Assembly (NCBI GenBank): GCA_964016885.1
Contig: OZ024746.1
Location: 55,614,001-55,678,000, forward strand
Origin: Eledone cirrhosa
Taxonomy: Eukaryota
DNA length: 64,000 bases
Direction: 5' to 3'
Shown: positions 29,345 to 44,015 of the stretch, one piece after another
How the letters are laid out: each line of letters opens with the position of its first letter
How positions within the stretch are numbered: position 1 is the stretch's first letter
Position numbers and translations under genes: made by a program
The notes under the pieces: model-generated
Database searches by the model: none
What the model was told of the DNA's origin: nothing
Seen by the model: only the letters and a program-made list of their open reading frames with translations

Positions 29345-29805
29345 CTGTCAAAGGGTAAATGAGCTCTTAAGAGTCAATGGCTATCCACCAAAATCACCAG
29401 GAGAGATGACACCTTAGCCTTTGTCAAGGCAGAATTCTAGGAGAAGGAAAACTCTGATATAACATCTGCAAAGCTGATGTTATCCAATGATGTTGACTTG
29501 TTCTTTTGGGTAAATATCATCTTGGTTAAGAGAGTGGGACTAGCTTTGTGCAGTGCCTTTGCTCACTATAAAAGCTTCACGGCACAGGCATTGCTTTATA
29601 TCTGGAGATCTCTCTGCACTTGTCGTCACATGGTACCATGGGCCCATCACTATGTGTCAATAATTGTCACAAGTGTAGTGTCTGTACCAGAGTTTTCAAG
29701 TCGCTGGCTGGACTAAAAAGTCACACTCGTAGGGGTTCGGTAGGGGTTCTCCTAAATGGATATAAAGTAGTAGCCGTACTCGAAAACGAGTTCGGCAGCC
29801 ACCAT
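29345..29805 (+). mobile_element. Internally deleted RTE-clade element with C2H2 tail, followed by (TATG/TGCTTGTATGTA)n to about 30075
   Basis: 5' motif ctaggagaaggaaaactctg, then CSVCTRVFKSLAGLKSHTR (RTE C-terminal zinc-finger-like), then a 3' hairpin actcgaaaacgagt and the microsatellite tail. Confidence 0.7.
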
Positions 29806-30774
29806 GTATGCTTGTATGTGTGTATATATGTATGTATGCTTGTATATATGTATGTATTTATGCTTGTATGTATGTATGTATGCTTGTATGTATGCTTGCA
29901 TGTATGTATGTATGCTTGTATGTATGTATGCTTGTATGTATGTTTGTATGTATGCTTGTATGTATGTATGTATCTACTATGCTTGTATGTATGCTTGTAT
30001 GTATGTATGCTTGTATGTATGCTTGTATGTATGTATGCTTGTATGTATGCATCTACTATGCTTGTATGTATGTAAGTGGTTTATTATAAATAGATGCAGG
30101 ACTAATTCAGTAGGTCAGTTGTATACAATAAAAAAGGAGGTTAGTGATCACATATAACACTTCACTTGCAAACATATCTGTCAATATGTATTCTTATTTG
30201 ATTTCATACAGAAAGAAAACCTTATTAATAATTCATACATACATTCATGTGTAAATAAATATTTATTTCAAAACATGGTTGTCATTAATAATACAATACA
30301 AGCAATTCCCCCTGCTGCTCTGATCTGCTCCACTCTATTCTCGTGTTTCATTATGATATTGTAGACGACGAAACGATGGAATGCACTAACTGTTTGTTGC
30401 CAAGGTATTTTCTTCTGCTATAATACATGCCAATGCAATATAAAGAGTTGTTTTGCAACTATGGTAATGAGGGTCGCTCGCTCCTCAGTGTTAACACAAT
30501 ATAGCGTGTTGTTTTTCTGTCTGGCTTAATTTTCTTCATTATTCTGGCTGATTTACTATTCTCACTTGATCTCGCTCCTCACGAAATTAGATATCATTGA
30601 GTGCAGTATTTAATGGAACATGGAAATACTTTATGAGTACAGTACCGGATTTGCATATGCACTACTTCGGCTGCAGTGTAAGGCTTCATAGTCCAAGAGT
30701 GTCCTGTTCCGTTTTAGATATATAGATTTATATAAATATATCCAGGGGATCCTGTTATACTTTGAAAATATATA

Positions 30775-30991
30775 TTAAACGCTTTAGCATTTAAACCGGT
30801 CATATCCGACCTGAATTCTCTAACCTCTTTCTGTTACTGGCCACTCATACTGAAGTTAAGGTTTTGTTCTCAAAATACATAACATCAACATCTCGGATAT
30901 TCGATATTATGTGAGATGATTATGTAAAATAAAGCCCTTACTACTAAAATACAATAGCATATATAGAATGTTGTAAATGCTAAAGGGTTAA
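30775..30991. mobile_element. piggyBac-like MITE (TTAA-flanked)
   Basis: Left end ttaaacgctttagcatttaaa. Right end tgtaaatgctaaagggttaa (reverse complement ttaaccctttagcatttaca). Confidence 0.7.
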
Positions 30992-33900
30992 CATGGATGC
31001 TGAAGTATAGCTATTAAGCTACATTTAATACTTATTAAATATATTCCTTTATCTTAAGATGTCATCTCCGTTTTATAAGTCGTCATGCTGAGGACAAGGC
31101 AGATAAAAGCCTAGTGGTTCACCGTCTAAGGAGATCAGATCTGTTTTAAATAAATGTGAAGATATCGCTCTAAAACAATATTTTATCCAAAGCTAGAACA
31201 TTACATTTGTTATGGATTCGCAGTATCGGTAGCATAGATTTACGGCTCTTTGCGGTCTGAGTTCAAATGCCGCTGATGTTAACTTTACCTTTCATCCTTT
31301 CTTTGTCGATAAAATAAAGTACTCATAATTGTTTCTACTTTAGGCACAAGGCCAGCAATTACCCAGTGCATTACTGGTACTTTATTTTATCGACCTCGTA
31401 AGGATGAAAGGCTAAGTCAACCTCGGCGGGATTTGAACTCAGATCATAAAGGGACGTAACTATGCTGGAAAGCATGGTGTCCGACCCTCTACTGATACTG
31501 CCAATCCAAAAGTACCAATAATGCACTGGGATAATTGCTACTCTTGTGCCAACAAGTAGAAACAATTATATTGGTTGTTTAATACCTTTCTTCTTTAAAC
31601 CGACTCAGTTCTTGAATACACATATATTTCTTGTTTTTTTGTCAGTGAAGCATCTTAAACCCATTCCTTGTCTACACATTGCTTAATCATATTGTGTTAT
31701 TGAAGGAATAAATGTGACAGTTGTAATTCTTCTTTCATCATCATTTTTTTGTGATTTATTGCGGAAATTGAAAGAATTACACCGAAGACGATTCGTAATG
31801 TATCATCCGGCGATTTCCAAGATGAACAGTTAGTTGCTCAATCAACTGAATATCTGAATCCTGACATGGAGCAAAATATCAATCGCAAGCAAAATCCATC
31901 CGAATTGCTTTGACCTTATTTTATACAAGGCAATTTCACTCGGGAGTGTTAGGTCTATCTGAGGCTCTGATGAAAACATATGACCACGGCACTGTGGAAT
32001 AGGATCACGCTTGATACCTTATAATTGCGAAGGAAACTTATTTATCATATTTTCAGGTTCATGCGTTTATGATAGCCTTTTAAATATATAGATATACTTT
32101 TTCATTGTTTTCAATACATTGTAACCATGCTAGGGATCTGTCTTATACCCTTTCACTTTCTGCTCTGTTGGAAATATCATAATATATTATAAACTGCGAA
32201 GATTTTCATTATCCTTCTGTTAGCTGTCAATGAAACAATTCCAGCTGAAAGTTCCTTTCTACTCGTGATTTCAGGTCCACCCAGCTAAAGATATTCAAAA
32301 TATTAGATAAACTCGGCGATGAATGACATTTAGATCATAAGAACGGGAAAAACAACTTCCACACAATTATCAGGTAGGGGTATGTATTCAATATGGTTTA
32401 TAATATACTCGAATAACTTCCGTTAATATATTCCTATAAAATTATCTTTATGATTTCCACCTAAAACAAAACTGTGTACAAACTATATATGTTTCATTTT
32501 AACATAACGTCTTTCGTAAATATGCCGATCAATGTTATCTCATCCTTCTCGGATGAGAGTGAAGAAAATATAGTGAGGCATATAGTTTATCTTGTATATA
32601 CTGAAACATATAATCTAACTTACACGGCTATTTCTTGTGGGTGGTCATATCCTTTCTGATGTCAGAAAGATGAGAAATAATCTAAAGAATCTGGAAGCAA
32701 GCTGTTACCGCCGCTATTGTTTACATGTTGAATATATCGAAGAGCAACTGATTCTTAATTCGGCTCCAATAATTTGGTCCCATTTGGGGCGAAACACTAT
32801 CAACGTTATTGTGAAAGGAAAGTCTTAATATCTATCTATCTGTGTATTACATATTGTAGAACATATAACACTGTTTCTTTATAAAATATAATAAAAGTAA
32901 AACAATCAAATCATGTGACATCAAAAACGTTAACTAGGATGAGCACAGCATAATTATCGTTATATCATATTAATTTCGACTACATTAGTTAAATTGTATG
33001 CCATAACATGGTTATAATGGGGAGGAGTTATAAATGAAATCAAACAAAAGTAATAGCGGTAGTTCTAAAAAGATTTTGCATCATTGAGAAATATGTACGG
33101 AATTTCGAAATTTTACATCAATAAAATTGAAATTGAAATTATTATGATACATTAAACACTCACACACACATAGACACGAAAATATATATTTATATATATA
33201 TGTGTGTGTGGGGGTGTCTGTGTGTCTGAGTGTATGTTTGTGTATATAAATATACACAAAAATACACACAGACACACAGGCCCCCCCCCCATGTATATAC
33301 ATATATATATATATTTATATACGATACTGTTGTGTGGAAGGATATATTAATAATAACACTATAAATAAAAGATATATATCGAACAATCGAGAGACAAATC
33401 ACCTGATGATGACATATTAAGCCTAAAACGAAAATTAAATAATTATCACAGTTCCGTTCAATGTTGGAGAAATAAGAAACACTTTGTAAAATTGTATGTT
33501 AAGATATAATATCGATGACGTCCATTTAATTATGACTTGAGATAGGACATGAGTTAAACTGAGTGTGGAGGTCAACACTGAATATTGATTGCTGTTCGAT
33601 TATAAAAAAATAAAACACATAAAATTATAGTCAATCTCTATTGATTGGCACACCTCCATATATTTATTTAAAACCAGTTTTTGTCTGCTCGGAAAGATAT
33701 GTGTTCATGTTCAGTATTGTATATACGTGACCAAGTGATTAGAGTTTTCGGCTCTCGATCATCAGTCGTGATCTCGAATCTTGAGTCAATCAGTGTTTTG
33801 TGCTTTTTTAGCAAAATAGTTTATTCAAACTAGCTCCGGCGTTACGACCGACAATGTGTATCAACAATGCAGCAAAAAGACAAACGTAACTATCGTTCAC

Positions 33901-35093
33901 TTGCGCTGACGATTTGGTCCTATTTTTTCCGTTACCTCTAAATAGAGTGTAACAGCGGACAAAGCTCTACCAAATAAAATTCTGCTCTCTTTGAAGGAAG
34001 AAAAAATTGTAAATTCAGACCAAGGAAACTACGATTGCGCTGGTACTACTGTTATTAATATTGTTTGGTGTTCGGAAATTCTGGTCGTATGAGACAGGAC
34101 GAACAGTGTCAGATAAGCTGCCAGCAAAGAATCCTGTCTGGTCCGTTTAAAAGCAAATTAAGCTATTCATTGACCCTGGATTGCTATTTTATTTATCGGC
34201 GCCGAAGTAACGAAAGGCAATTCGATCTCAATGAGGTTTGAAATTCAACTAAAGAAAGCCGGAACAAATGCTACAAAGAACGATGTCCTATGCCCAACTA
34301 TCCTACCAATGCATTGTACTTTGTACACGATAAATAGTGACTGTCATTTAGATAATTGACAACGATTCACTTAACAGCACACTACGATTGCATGCTATTT
34401 TGCGTGCTAAATAAAACGCCTGTGTGTTGTCGCTTAACCTGCCAGAAATAGCTATAAATATCCATCACATCACACGCAAGACCAGAAAATAAATGCGACA
34501 GTCTCACCAATCCTCAATGTTCTGATAATCGGTTTATTTCTCTTTATTGGTGGTGGGCTACTTTTCCTTATTCGCGAGGGACTAATTAGAATATACCATG
34601 CTGGTTTCTATACGGAAGATATTTTTCTTTATTTGTGTACGATTCTTGTTAGTAAGATATATTAACATGGGATACTAAAAACATTGATAAGACACAAGTC
34701 ATGAATTCTGAAATTGTTTTTTGGAATTCCACCCTCGTGGACATTCGCGCCCACATACAATACAAAACTTGAAGTATATCGATTACTGTCGTTAGCCACG
34801 GAGAAGATAAACCATTGCTAAAGAGGGGTGTTGCTGATTAAATAGAACCAACTATTTTGTGAGTAGTTGTTTGGTTATCGATCAACGCCCGCTGATGAAA
34901 GGCAATATTAAGACGGTCTAAATTTAACCTCAGAACATTAAGGTGAAACACTAAAACATTACAGGGTAGGTTTAATACAATATATTATCGTTTCAGCTGA
35001 CTTGCTACACTTGAAGTGTGCTTTATATTAAGAGATAAACTATAGAGGTTGCAGTGCATGTCATTGAATGTTACGTGTGTACGGATATATATA

Positions 35094-35225
<132 letters not shown>

Positions 35226-35243
35226 TGTATATGTGTGTATGTA

Positions 35244-35277
<34 letters not shown>

Positions 35278-35767
35278 CTTTAGATTTTTAGTAAATGAAT
35301 GCGTAACCGTTTGCACTCGGAAATTGTTACAAATTAAAATATTATTCCACATACATACATCTTTTACATTCGACACATTTTACGTATTCAATACTTCTGT
35401 CCTACTCTCAATTCCTTTCACTTTCTCTTTCTCACTCTCTCTCTCTCCTTCACTCTCTCCCTCTCTTTCTCACTCTCTCTCTCTCTCATGTTCTCTCTCT
35501 CCGTCTCTCTCACAAACACATTCACGTACTCTTTCTCATTCTCTACTTCTTTGTATCTATCTCTCTCTGTATCCCTTTCCCACCTCTGATATTGCTGTCG
35601 TTAATATCACACAACTATTACGATAAAAGGATATTGTCTCTAGTTATTGCTTATATATTACACTTTTAGTAATATTAACCATAGCAGCAGCAATTTCACT
35701 TATCATTTTCCACATTTCCCCTTCCTCAAATTTCATTAGTTGTGTTATATATCAGGGATATTTATAT

Positions 35768-35871
<104 letters not shown>

Positions 35872-35926
35872 TATATACATATACATATATATGTGTGTTT
35901 ATATATATGTATGTATACACACACAC

Positions 35927-36002
<76 letters not shown>

Positions 36003-36998
36003 GTGTGTACACTGGATCCGAAATACTTTATGATTCTGCACCAATATCCTTCCGCATTATTTCCATAATTCTGATGTTGACACAATTGCACGTAACTTGT
36101 TTGAAGAAGATATTTATTAGCTTGTTTTTTTTTTTGTCAGTTTCTGTGTGTATTGTACTCCTGATATTGTGATTTCACATTATCACAGTTTTATTATAGT
36201 TATAGTTAGTTATAACACAACGTTACACTCAATGCCATAACTCCGATCATATAAATGCAATTATCATTGACAATACCAGCTTTATAGTTCTATGTGTGTG
36301 TTACAGAAATATAGCTAATGATAATCTTAGAGGATATGAAATCGGAAAGCTATAAACGTCGAGTATATTTTAAATAAAGTTTTCGCTAAATTATTTTATG
36401 ATAAAATACTGACGCCATTTTAATATCGTCAGGTAATCAAGGAAAAGCATTTCCAAACCAGCAATTTATTTATTTGTTTCCTCTTTATTCATCCATACAT
36501 TTATTCCATAATTCGGATTCAGTTCACTTCAGTGAAATTAACATAGAACTTTTGGTTTAATAGAGCCAAGCAAAATTGTACTGTAAGCATTCATGAATAT
36601 ATCAGACAAGCATTCCGATAACATTATTAGCAAAAGGGCTCTTTAATTACGTAACTATTTAATTACGTCACGCATTAAATTCTCAATGATTATTCTCTAG
36701 AAATAATAGCATGATACAATAGAGGGGAAACCATATCGGTAGAAGAAACCAACCATACCCGGATATATTTCACTAACAATACCTCATCTATTGAACGGAG
36801 GATGGATGAATATTGAAATATCATTGTGTTCAGCAAAGCTAGCTAATTAAATCTCCCTGAAAATATATATATGTATAAACATAATATATATATGCATGCG
36901 TGTGTATGAGTATATATCTATCTATATATATATACAGTATATATGAATATATATTTATAGAATAGAATTAGGATTTACGCATATATATACATAAATAA

Positions 36999-37143
<145 letters not shown>

Positions 37144-37577
37144 TGCTTGTGCGTGTGTGTGTATGTATATATGTATGCATGAATGTATAATGTATATATA
37201 TTTATATATGTAGGTACAGTAAATACGAAGCATTGTGAAATGCGTATTAAATGACTGATAACTTTCAGATATCCAGTTCAATGCGGTAGAAATATATAAA
37301 TGACAAATGATAACAAATAGAAAAAAAATAATTAATGATTTACGAAGTATATTTCGATGTGATATTTTAGTGCTCTTACCCTCCTTTCAAATGTAAAACG
37401 AAAGCTGTTTAAAAACCAAAACAATAAAAATGATGGATGTGTTTTTCCGTAACTGATCTTGATATTTAAAATACTCATGCGTGGAACTGTTAAAGGAGCC
37501 AATCAACTCAGTGCATTTATTTGTGCCTTTCTCTTGTTCATAATAATGGTCTCTTTGATCCTTGTTTTCCGTGTAGA

Positions 37578-38306
37578 AGATCCGTGTCAACATACGCCGA
37601 CAACATAGTATTACGAAACGATAACAGGAGCAAAAATAAATCAGAAAAAGTCGGTGGTCAGCAGCTCGCATCTGGAGAGGCACGTCCATGACATTGGACG
37701 GAAGCACAGGTTAAATTTATGAGAGTTCGGTTTGGTCCATCCTCCAAAAACTGGGATGTGGTAACGAGCAGAGTAGCCATTCTCACCTATAAATGGGCCG
37801 ACAGGAATCTATCTCCATGTTCGGTTAGAGGTGTTGGTAGGGTACATCGCGTCCGTCATCAACTATCGACTGATCGTTGTATTTTGCCCTGGTCTCCGCT
37901 TTAACTCTTGTTAGAGCTTTAGTCTAGGGTCAAACCAAGACCAAGAGGGATTGCATAGAAACTAGAATATCTTCAAGCACACACAGCCCTTAGCCAATCG
38001 GGCAGTACGATCGGTGGAAACTCCACCTTAGCTTTCTATAGAGGTTTAGTGGCGGGTAAAAATGATGACGTTCTAGAGGAGATTCTGGCCATCGACGATA
38101 ATCATGAAGCCACTCTTAGAGACGTTTAGTCTCGGGCCCATTGATAACTTCCAGAAATCCCTATCCTGGCAGTACCAACGAAGAGAATTTCCAGTCCGAG
38201 ATAAACTCTAAATGTATGGAAATGCGGGCAGCAGGGCCTTTCCGAGATATGCGCAGGGCGACGAAACAGTCGCACAGATATAGCATCAAGACACTAGTCC
38301 AATGTA
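37578..38306 (+). mobile_element. Old internally deleted Tx1 ORF2 fragment
   Basis: tacgccgacaac matches YADD, tacgaaacgataacaggagcaaaaataaat matches 3028-3057, ttctatagaggtttagtgg matches 3693-3711, aacttccagaaatccct matches 3810, and gcgacgaaacagt matches 3922. Confidence 0.85.
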
Positions 38307-38958
38307 ATCCAGCCCAAGCATCAACATCTATATATCTCCACATAACACCATTACTGCTATTACAGTAACTCAGTCCCAACACCACAACGCTAGTTGCTGC
38401 CCAAACTATCCGTCATAGCACTATATAGCTCTTCACAAACCCACAATACCCATTAGATTAGCCCATCTCTGGCATCACCAAAGCAGCCTAATCTATCACA
38501 TACCAGCCTGTGGCTCTACATAGCTTGTCACAAGCCAAAATAAACAAGACATTACCATAGTACTAACTGTGCAATTTATCCCGTCTCAACCCCACAGCTC
38601 TACATAGATGTCCAAAACACTAGCGTCACTATGAAATTTGCTCCTGCATTACTAGGGTCCTTTTCTACTCCACTACTAATAAGTATCGTTTATTTATATA
38701 ACAGTATATATATATATAGTAATAATAATAAATTTGAAGACTAAAATCCAAAGAGGGCTCGATAAGGATAAATATATATTAAAATTATATGAACCGTAGA
38801 GCAAATATTTATTAAAATAACAGATTAAAGTTTAAGCAAATAATCGCTGCTGTCACCCTTAACGGGATCTTCTGAAACTAACAAAGTCAATCTGTGAACG
38901 CAAAAGTGAATGTTTCCAAAATCGTAGCAACCGGAGGAAGACAGGAAGACGATACTTA

Positions 38959-39234
38959 GGTTCCTGGAAACGTTCCCTGGCAAAGAACGGGGGGAAAACG
39001 AATATAATACGTCATTATTTGGAGCGGTGAAAAACAATTAAACGCAAAGACAAAACCACATTTATGGTTTAAAAGAAGTCGTAGACTAATATTCTATTAG
39101 GTGGTTCATAGAGACGTTCTCTGGCAATGAACGGAAAAAACGAAGATAATACGTCATATGAAGTGCGTGGAGAACAATTGCACGCAAAGGCAAAACCACG
39201 TAAATGGTATAACTGAAGTCGTAGACTAAAATTC
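38959..39234. repeat. Diverged ~144-bp tandem duplication
   Basis: ggttcctggaaacgttccctggcaaagaacgg..gaagtcgtagactaatattc at 38959 versus ggttcatagagacgttctctggcaatgaacgg..gaagtcgtagactaaaattc at 39103. Confidence 0.8.
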
Positions 39235-39454
39235 AAATTAGGAAACCGAATGATTCTCCTCTTCAGAGTTAAGAATAAAGTAACCACAATTACAATGAAG
39301 CTCTTTGCCGGAGTTGATTTGTCGATCAGGTAGCATATACAGAGTTCAAATCCCACCGAGGTTAACTTTGCCTTTCATCCTTCCGGGGTCGATAAAATAA
39401 AGTACCAGTAATGCACTGGTTAATTGGTGGCCTTGTGTCAAAAGTAGAAACAAT

Positions 39455-39504
<50 letters not shown>

Positions 39505-39626
39505 TATTTCCACCATCACCATTTGATTTGTAATATCCCATCATAGTCTAATGGTCTTTGCAATGTGTCGCTTGTGAATTTTTTGCCACCCTGTACATGT
39601 GCACAAGACAACTCGCAAATCCGCAA

Positions 39627-39705
<79 letters not shown>

Positions 39706-40065
39706 CCTCTCTCTCTCTCTCTCTTTCTCTCTATTTCTCTCTCTCTCTCTCACACACAGACAAACAAACACAGTCGCACACACACATGTTAGTCAACGTA
39801 CCAACCGTGGCTTCTTTTCACGTCACTTCTGGTGATGCTCATTATGATGGTGGTGAACTTATTATTTTTGTTGTTGTAGATGTTTCTAATGGCAGTACTG
39901 TTGTGGTGGTGGTAGTTATATTACTGTTGTTATATCGTGTTGGTGGTGATGGTGATGGTGTTGTTGGTGTTGTTATTATCGGGATTGGTAATACTGGTAT
40001 GGTTATTATTCGGCGAATATGCGGTGGTTTCCACGAACAATTATTTGCGTATGGGCAACAACAAC

Positions 40066-40266
40066 ATTCAATTGGTAAATGTGTCTGAACGCAGAAGAGC
40101 CGAACTCCCACTGTCAACGGCTCCATCGCTCTCTCGTCTTCCCCATCTCTCTCTATTATGAGCAAATGGGGTCCCACGTGCTGGCCACCCCACGGCTCTA
40201 GTGGACAGAATGGAGGAGGCGTTTCCCCGGAGGATGGTAATGGAGATGCGCTGGAAGAGCCATTCT
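40066..40266 (-). mobile_element. CRE-like (restriction-like endonuclease) non-LTR element 3' fragment
   Basis: Reverse complement translates EWLFQRISITILRGNASSIL, matching the 'QRISxAIQRGNA' terminus of CRE-type elements. It is homologous to 63651-63851. Confidence 0.7.
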
Positions 40267-41382
40267 GGATTTTAATGACTGCTATATTATTTTGTATGTT
40301 TATTGCTAGTTAGTGAAGTTTTAGGTCCTTTCTCATTTATCTAACCACAGTAAATCATTTGTTTCTGCCAAGACCAAGCTATATTTTACCCGAATCTAGC
40401 ACTGTTTCTGCCATATGTATTTCATTTATCTAGTTTCTAGTGTGTTGTGTGAAATACTTCTATATCTCTAGCAAGCCGTCCAACATGGTAAATGAACCAG
40501 CATGACCTTGCTGTTCCAGCAGCAGTAGGAGTCATTGTTTTTGTTGCTAGTCGATCCTAGGCTGTTGTTTAGCTGCAGTTCTTGTTGAGTGATTGTTGTT
40601 AAATATAGATATGTTCAGGTTTGATATTGCTATTAATGCTCTCGGTGTTGCTATTGTTGTTGTTTTATGTGGTGGTGTTGGTGGCGTTGTTTTACTGTTT
40701 CATCTTATTTTTATTCTTAGTGTTGGTATTTGAAGGGTTTTAGTACTTGCTTTTGCTGTTATTGATGGAGCGGTTGTTATTGGTTTTGTAGTTGTTTTTG
40801 TTCATAGTGACGCTTTTGTTATTGATGTAGTTGCTATTGTAGATGTTTCTGTTTTGTTTTAGTTGTTGTTATCGGTATTGTTATTGTTTGTATCGATATA
40901 GCCGCTTTTGTTGTTGCTGTTGTTGTTACCGCGGTAGTTGTAATTATTGATCTAGTTATTTCTGTAGATGTTGCTGTTTTTGTTTTAGTTATTGATATTA
41001 ACATAGTTGTTGATGTTGTTGTTGGGGTACTATTTGTTGTTGTTGCTGTAGTTGTTGTTGCTGTAGTTGTTGTTCTTATCATTGTTGCTGTTCAAATTGT
41101 TGTATTGCTGCTCTAGTTAGATTTATGTTCTAGAAATGAAACCATTTTGATGTGACAAACTGATGATGTTTTAAATGTTGTTTTCTTCTTTACTATTAGT
41201 TATTGTTGCTGCTGTTGTTGTTCGATTTTCTTCCTATTTCTCTTTGATGCATCTAGTGCAGTAATGTAAAGAAAAAAATGAGTTATTTAGTGTATCGAAC
41301 AGCATTTATGTTGCTGCTGCTGCAATTCAGTTCAGTCCATGCAGTGCATCATGCATATATATATACACATACACACATATAT

Positions 41383-41489
<107 letters not shown>

Positions 41490-43253
41490 AACAAGAAAGA
41501 CGAAATGGTAACTGAATGCAAACACAGATTGCGTAGGACTTACCTCGCCCTCAAACCCCATAATGACCCGGGGGGGGGTAGTCAGGGGTTGTAACACCCC
41601 ACTTGCCGAGTTTGTAATGGGTAACCCCTGCTTGCAAAGGTAGACGTAAGATTTTCTTATATATTTTTTATCGTTTCCTCTATATTTCCTTCTTCCCCCC
41701 ATCCCTTCCTAGTCCTACCACCGCAGTTCTCCATCTTTGTCGTCGTCCTTTTCACTTTCTCGCCCACCCCGAGGCAGCCCTTCGGTCCTTTGTGGCCTCA
41801 GTACCCCCACCCCATCCCCTATTCTATGATAGAATTGGCCGACTCCGCTTTTTATAGCAGATGTGATAGACCCGAGATACTTGCTTTCTTATCCGATTGC
41901 TGCCCCATTTCCGTGTTTTATAGATTTCTAAGTGGTATCTCTGCTTTAGTTTCTCGTATATCAGTATTTATTTATTTGTTTTTTTTCTGTGTGTGTGTGT
42001 ATGGAATTACCCCCTGAGAAGCTCGGCAATTCATGTACCAGGATTAAAATGTTCATTTAGTCCAGAATTAGCTTGGGAACACATAGTTATATAGGAAGAG
42101 AAAATATTTTAGAGCTTCACAGATTGATGAGATAGGCGGCGAATTGGAAGAGTCCGTAGAAGGTCGGATAGAATGCTTTATGTTATTCGTTCCGGCTATC
42201 TGCTGTCGGAGTTCAAATCCCGCCGAGGTCAAATTTACCGTTTACCTTTTCGAGGTCGATAAAAAGCACCAGCCTAGTACAGGGGTCGATTCTACCTCAC
42301 TATATCCTTCTCATTTCTTTTCTCTCACATTCCATCTTTCTCTGGAAAAATAATCTACTGTACTCAGGCCTGGAGAAGATTGGGCTCCACCAGGCTTAAA
42401 ATGTCCAAGAAATGCCGACTCTATCAAGAGTTACGACTATATCAGGAGTTACGGGAACACTTTACCACCAACAGAATGATGGGAGAACCCGAGAACCTTT
42501 TTTCAGCCGAAAGGTTTGTCTCATGTATTTCCAACAGCTATTTCATTAGAAGGGTTACTTTGGGCCGGATGGCGGTTTTAAAATTGAATAAAGTAATCAA
42601 TATTTTAGACAGACTCTGCATACTGTTTACTGCTTTCAAATTTTGCTCACATCGATGTGGTCCATCTCCACCAAGAACTGCATTGTCTAAGGTGCTATTT
42701 TCCACTCTCAGGATAGTAGAAAATCATTTCGCTGTTATTCCTAACAAGTCAATAGATATATGCCCCCACCGATGCGAATATTATTTTATAAGATTTATAG
42801 TATTGCTATTGTAGTTGTATCTGGTCGATGTTGTTTTTGTAAGTGGTGTATGTGTTGTTAATATTTTATCATCCTACTGTTTTTGATGCCGTGACATGTT
42901 GCTAATATCTGTTGTATATTGTTTCGGGAATATCTGTTACATGTTCTATTGTAATACGTGGCTAATAATTTAAGACTGTGGTTTCTATAATTTTTATAAT
43001 TTGCTAATACATGGTTCCCCATATTGTTGAAATCCATTGATACAATTTATTTCATAATGTTACTATTATTATTCAATTCCGTTGCTAGATATAAATTTGA
43101 GCGACTACCGTCCGTCTGTCCGTCCTTCCGTGACACACTAGAGATGACTGAGGAAGAAAGGATGACGTCATGCACTAGAGAAGATTGAGGGAGGAAGGGG
43201 TGATGACAAACTAGAGAAAACAGTGTCTAACATTCACTACACTTGTGTGTACA

Positions 43254-43800
43254 ATCTATAACATTATAAAGCTGAGTGTCGTGTGTATTATGTATGTATG
43301 TATCCTACACATCTCCCTATAGTTTCTTAGATTTACTCTCTCCGTCGATATTCCCTCTCTCTATAATAGATCATTCGCCCTCTCTATAATTTAACTGCTT
43401 CACTCTCTAATATTATAAAGCTGAGCTTCGTCTCTGTCTCTCTCTCTCCCCCTTTCACCCTCTCTATAATTTAACTGCTTTAATCTACGTCTCTCTTCAC
43501 TCTCTATATGACAGCAGGTAATACATACATCAAAAGGCAACCCTGACAAATATAATAATGTATGTATCCCACACACTTTTTCTGTCGTCGTTCGCATAAG
43601 TAACACACACACACACGCGCACACACTCACACACACACACATACACACACACACACGCACACAAATACACATACTTTCACACCTGATTTTACCAATTGCC
43701 GGATAAGATCAAAACAAAACACACATGCACATACACACATACACAAACACGCATACACATACACATACACACCCACATACACACACACCCATATATACTT

Positions 43801-43841
<41 letters not shown>

Positions 43842-43920
43842 GATCATTCCCCCTCTCTATAATTTAACTGCTTTACTCTCTCTGTCGCTCTTCACTCTCT
43901 ATATGACAACACTATTCTAG
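43254..43920 (+). mobile_element. Probable non-autonomous Helitron
   Basis: Starts a|tctataacattataaagctgag and ends attctag|t. Internal repeats ccctctctataatttaactgcttt lie at about 43378, 43458 and 43851. No clear 3' hairpin. Confidence 0.45.
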
Positions 43921-43980
43921 TTTCCGTATCTCATGTCAATATATACACATAGGGAGAGAGAGAGAGATGGAGAGAAAGAG

Positions 43981-44015
<35 letters not shown>

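Noticed and set aside
31900-32300. Faint piggyBac transposase-like words on the minus strand (SRK.FQL..FH, YK..P)
   Set aside because: Too fragmentary to call by eye. It would need TBLASTN.
33403-33450. ctgatga...cgaaa spacing (similar at 5229 and 31967)
   Set aside because: No supporting stems I, II or III.
42540-42605. IRRVTLGRMAVLKLNKVI, an RTE-like RT snippet
   Set aside because: Only about 20 codons and the surrounding ORF shows no further motifs.
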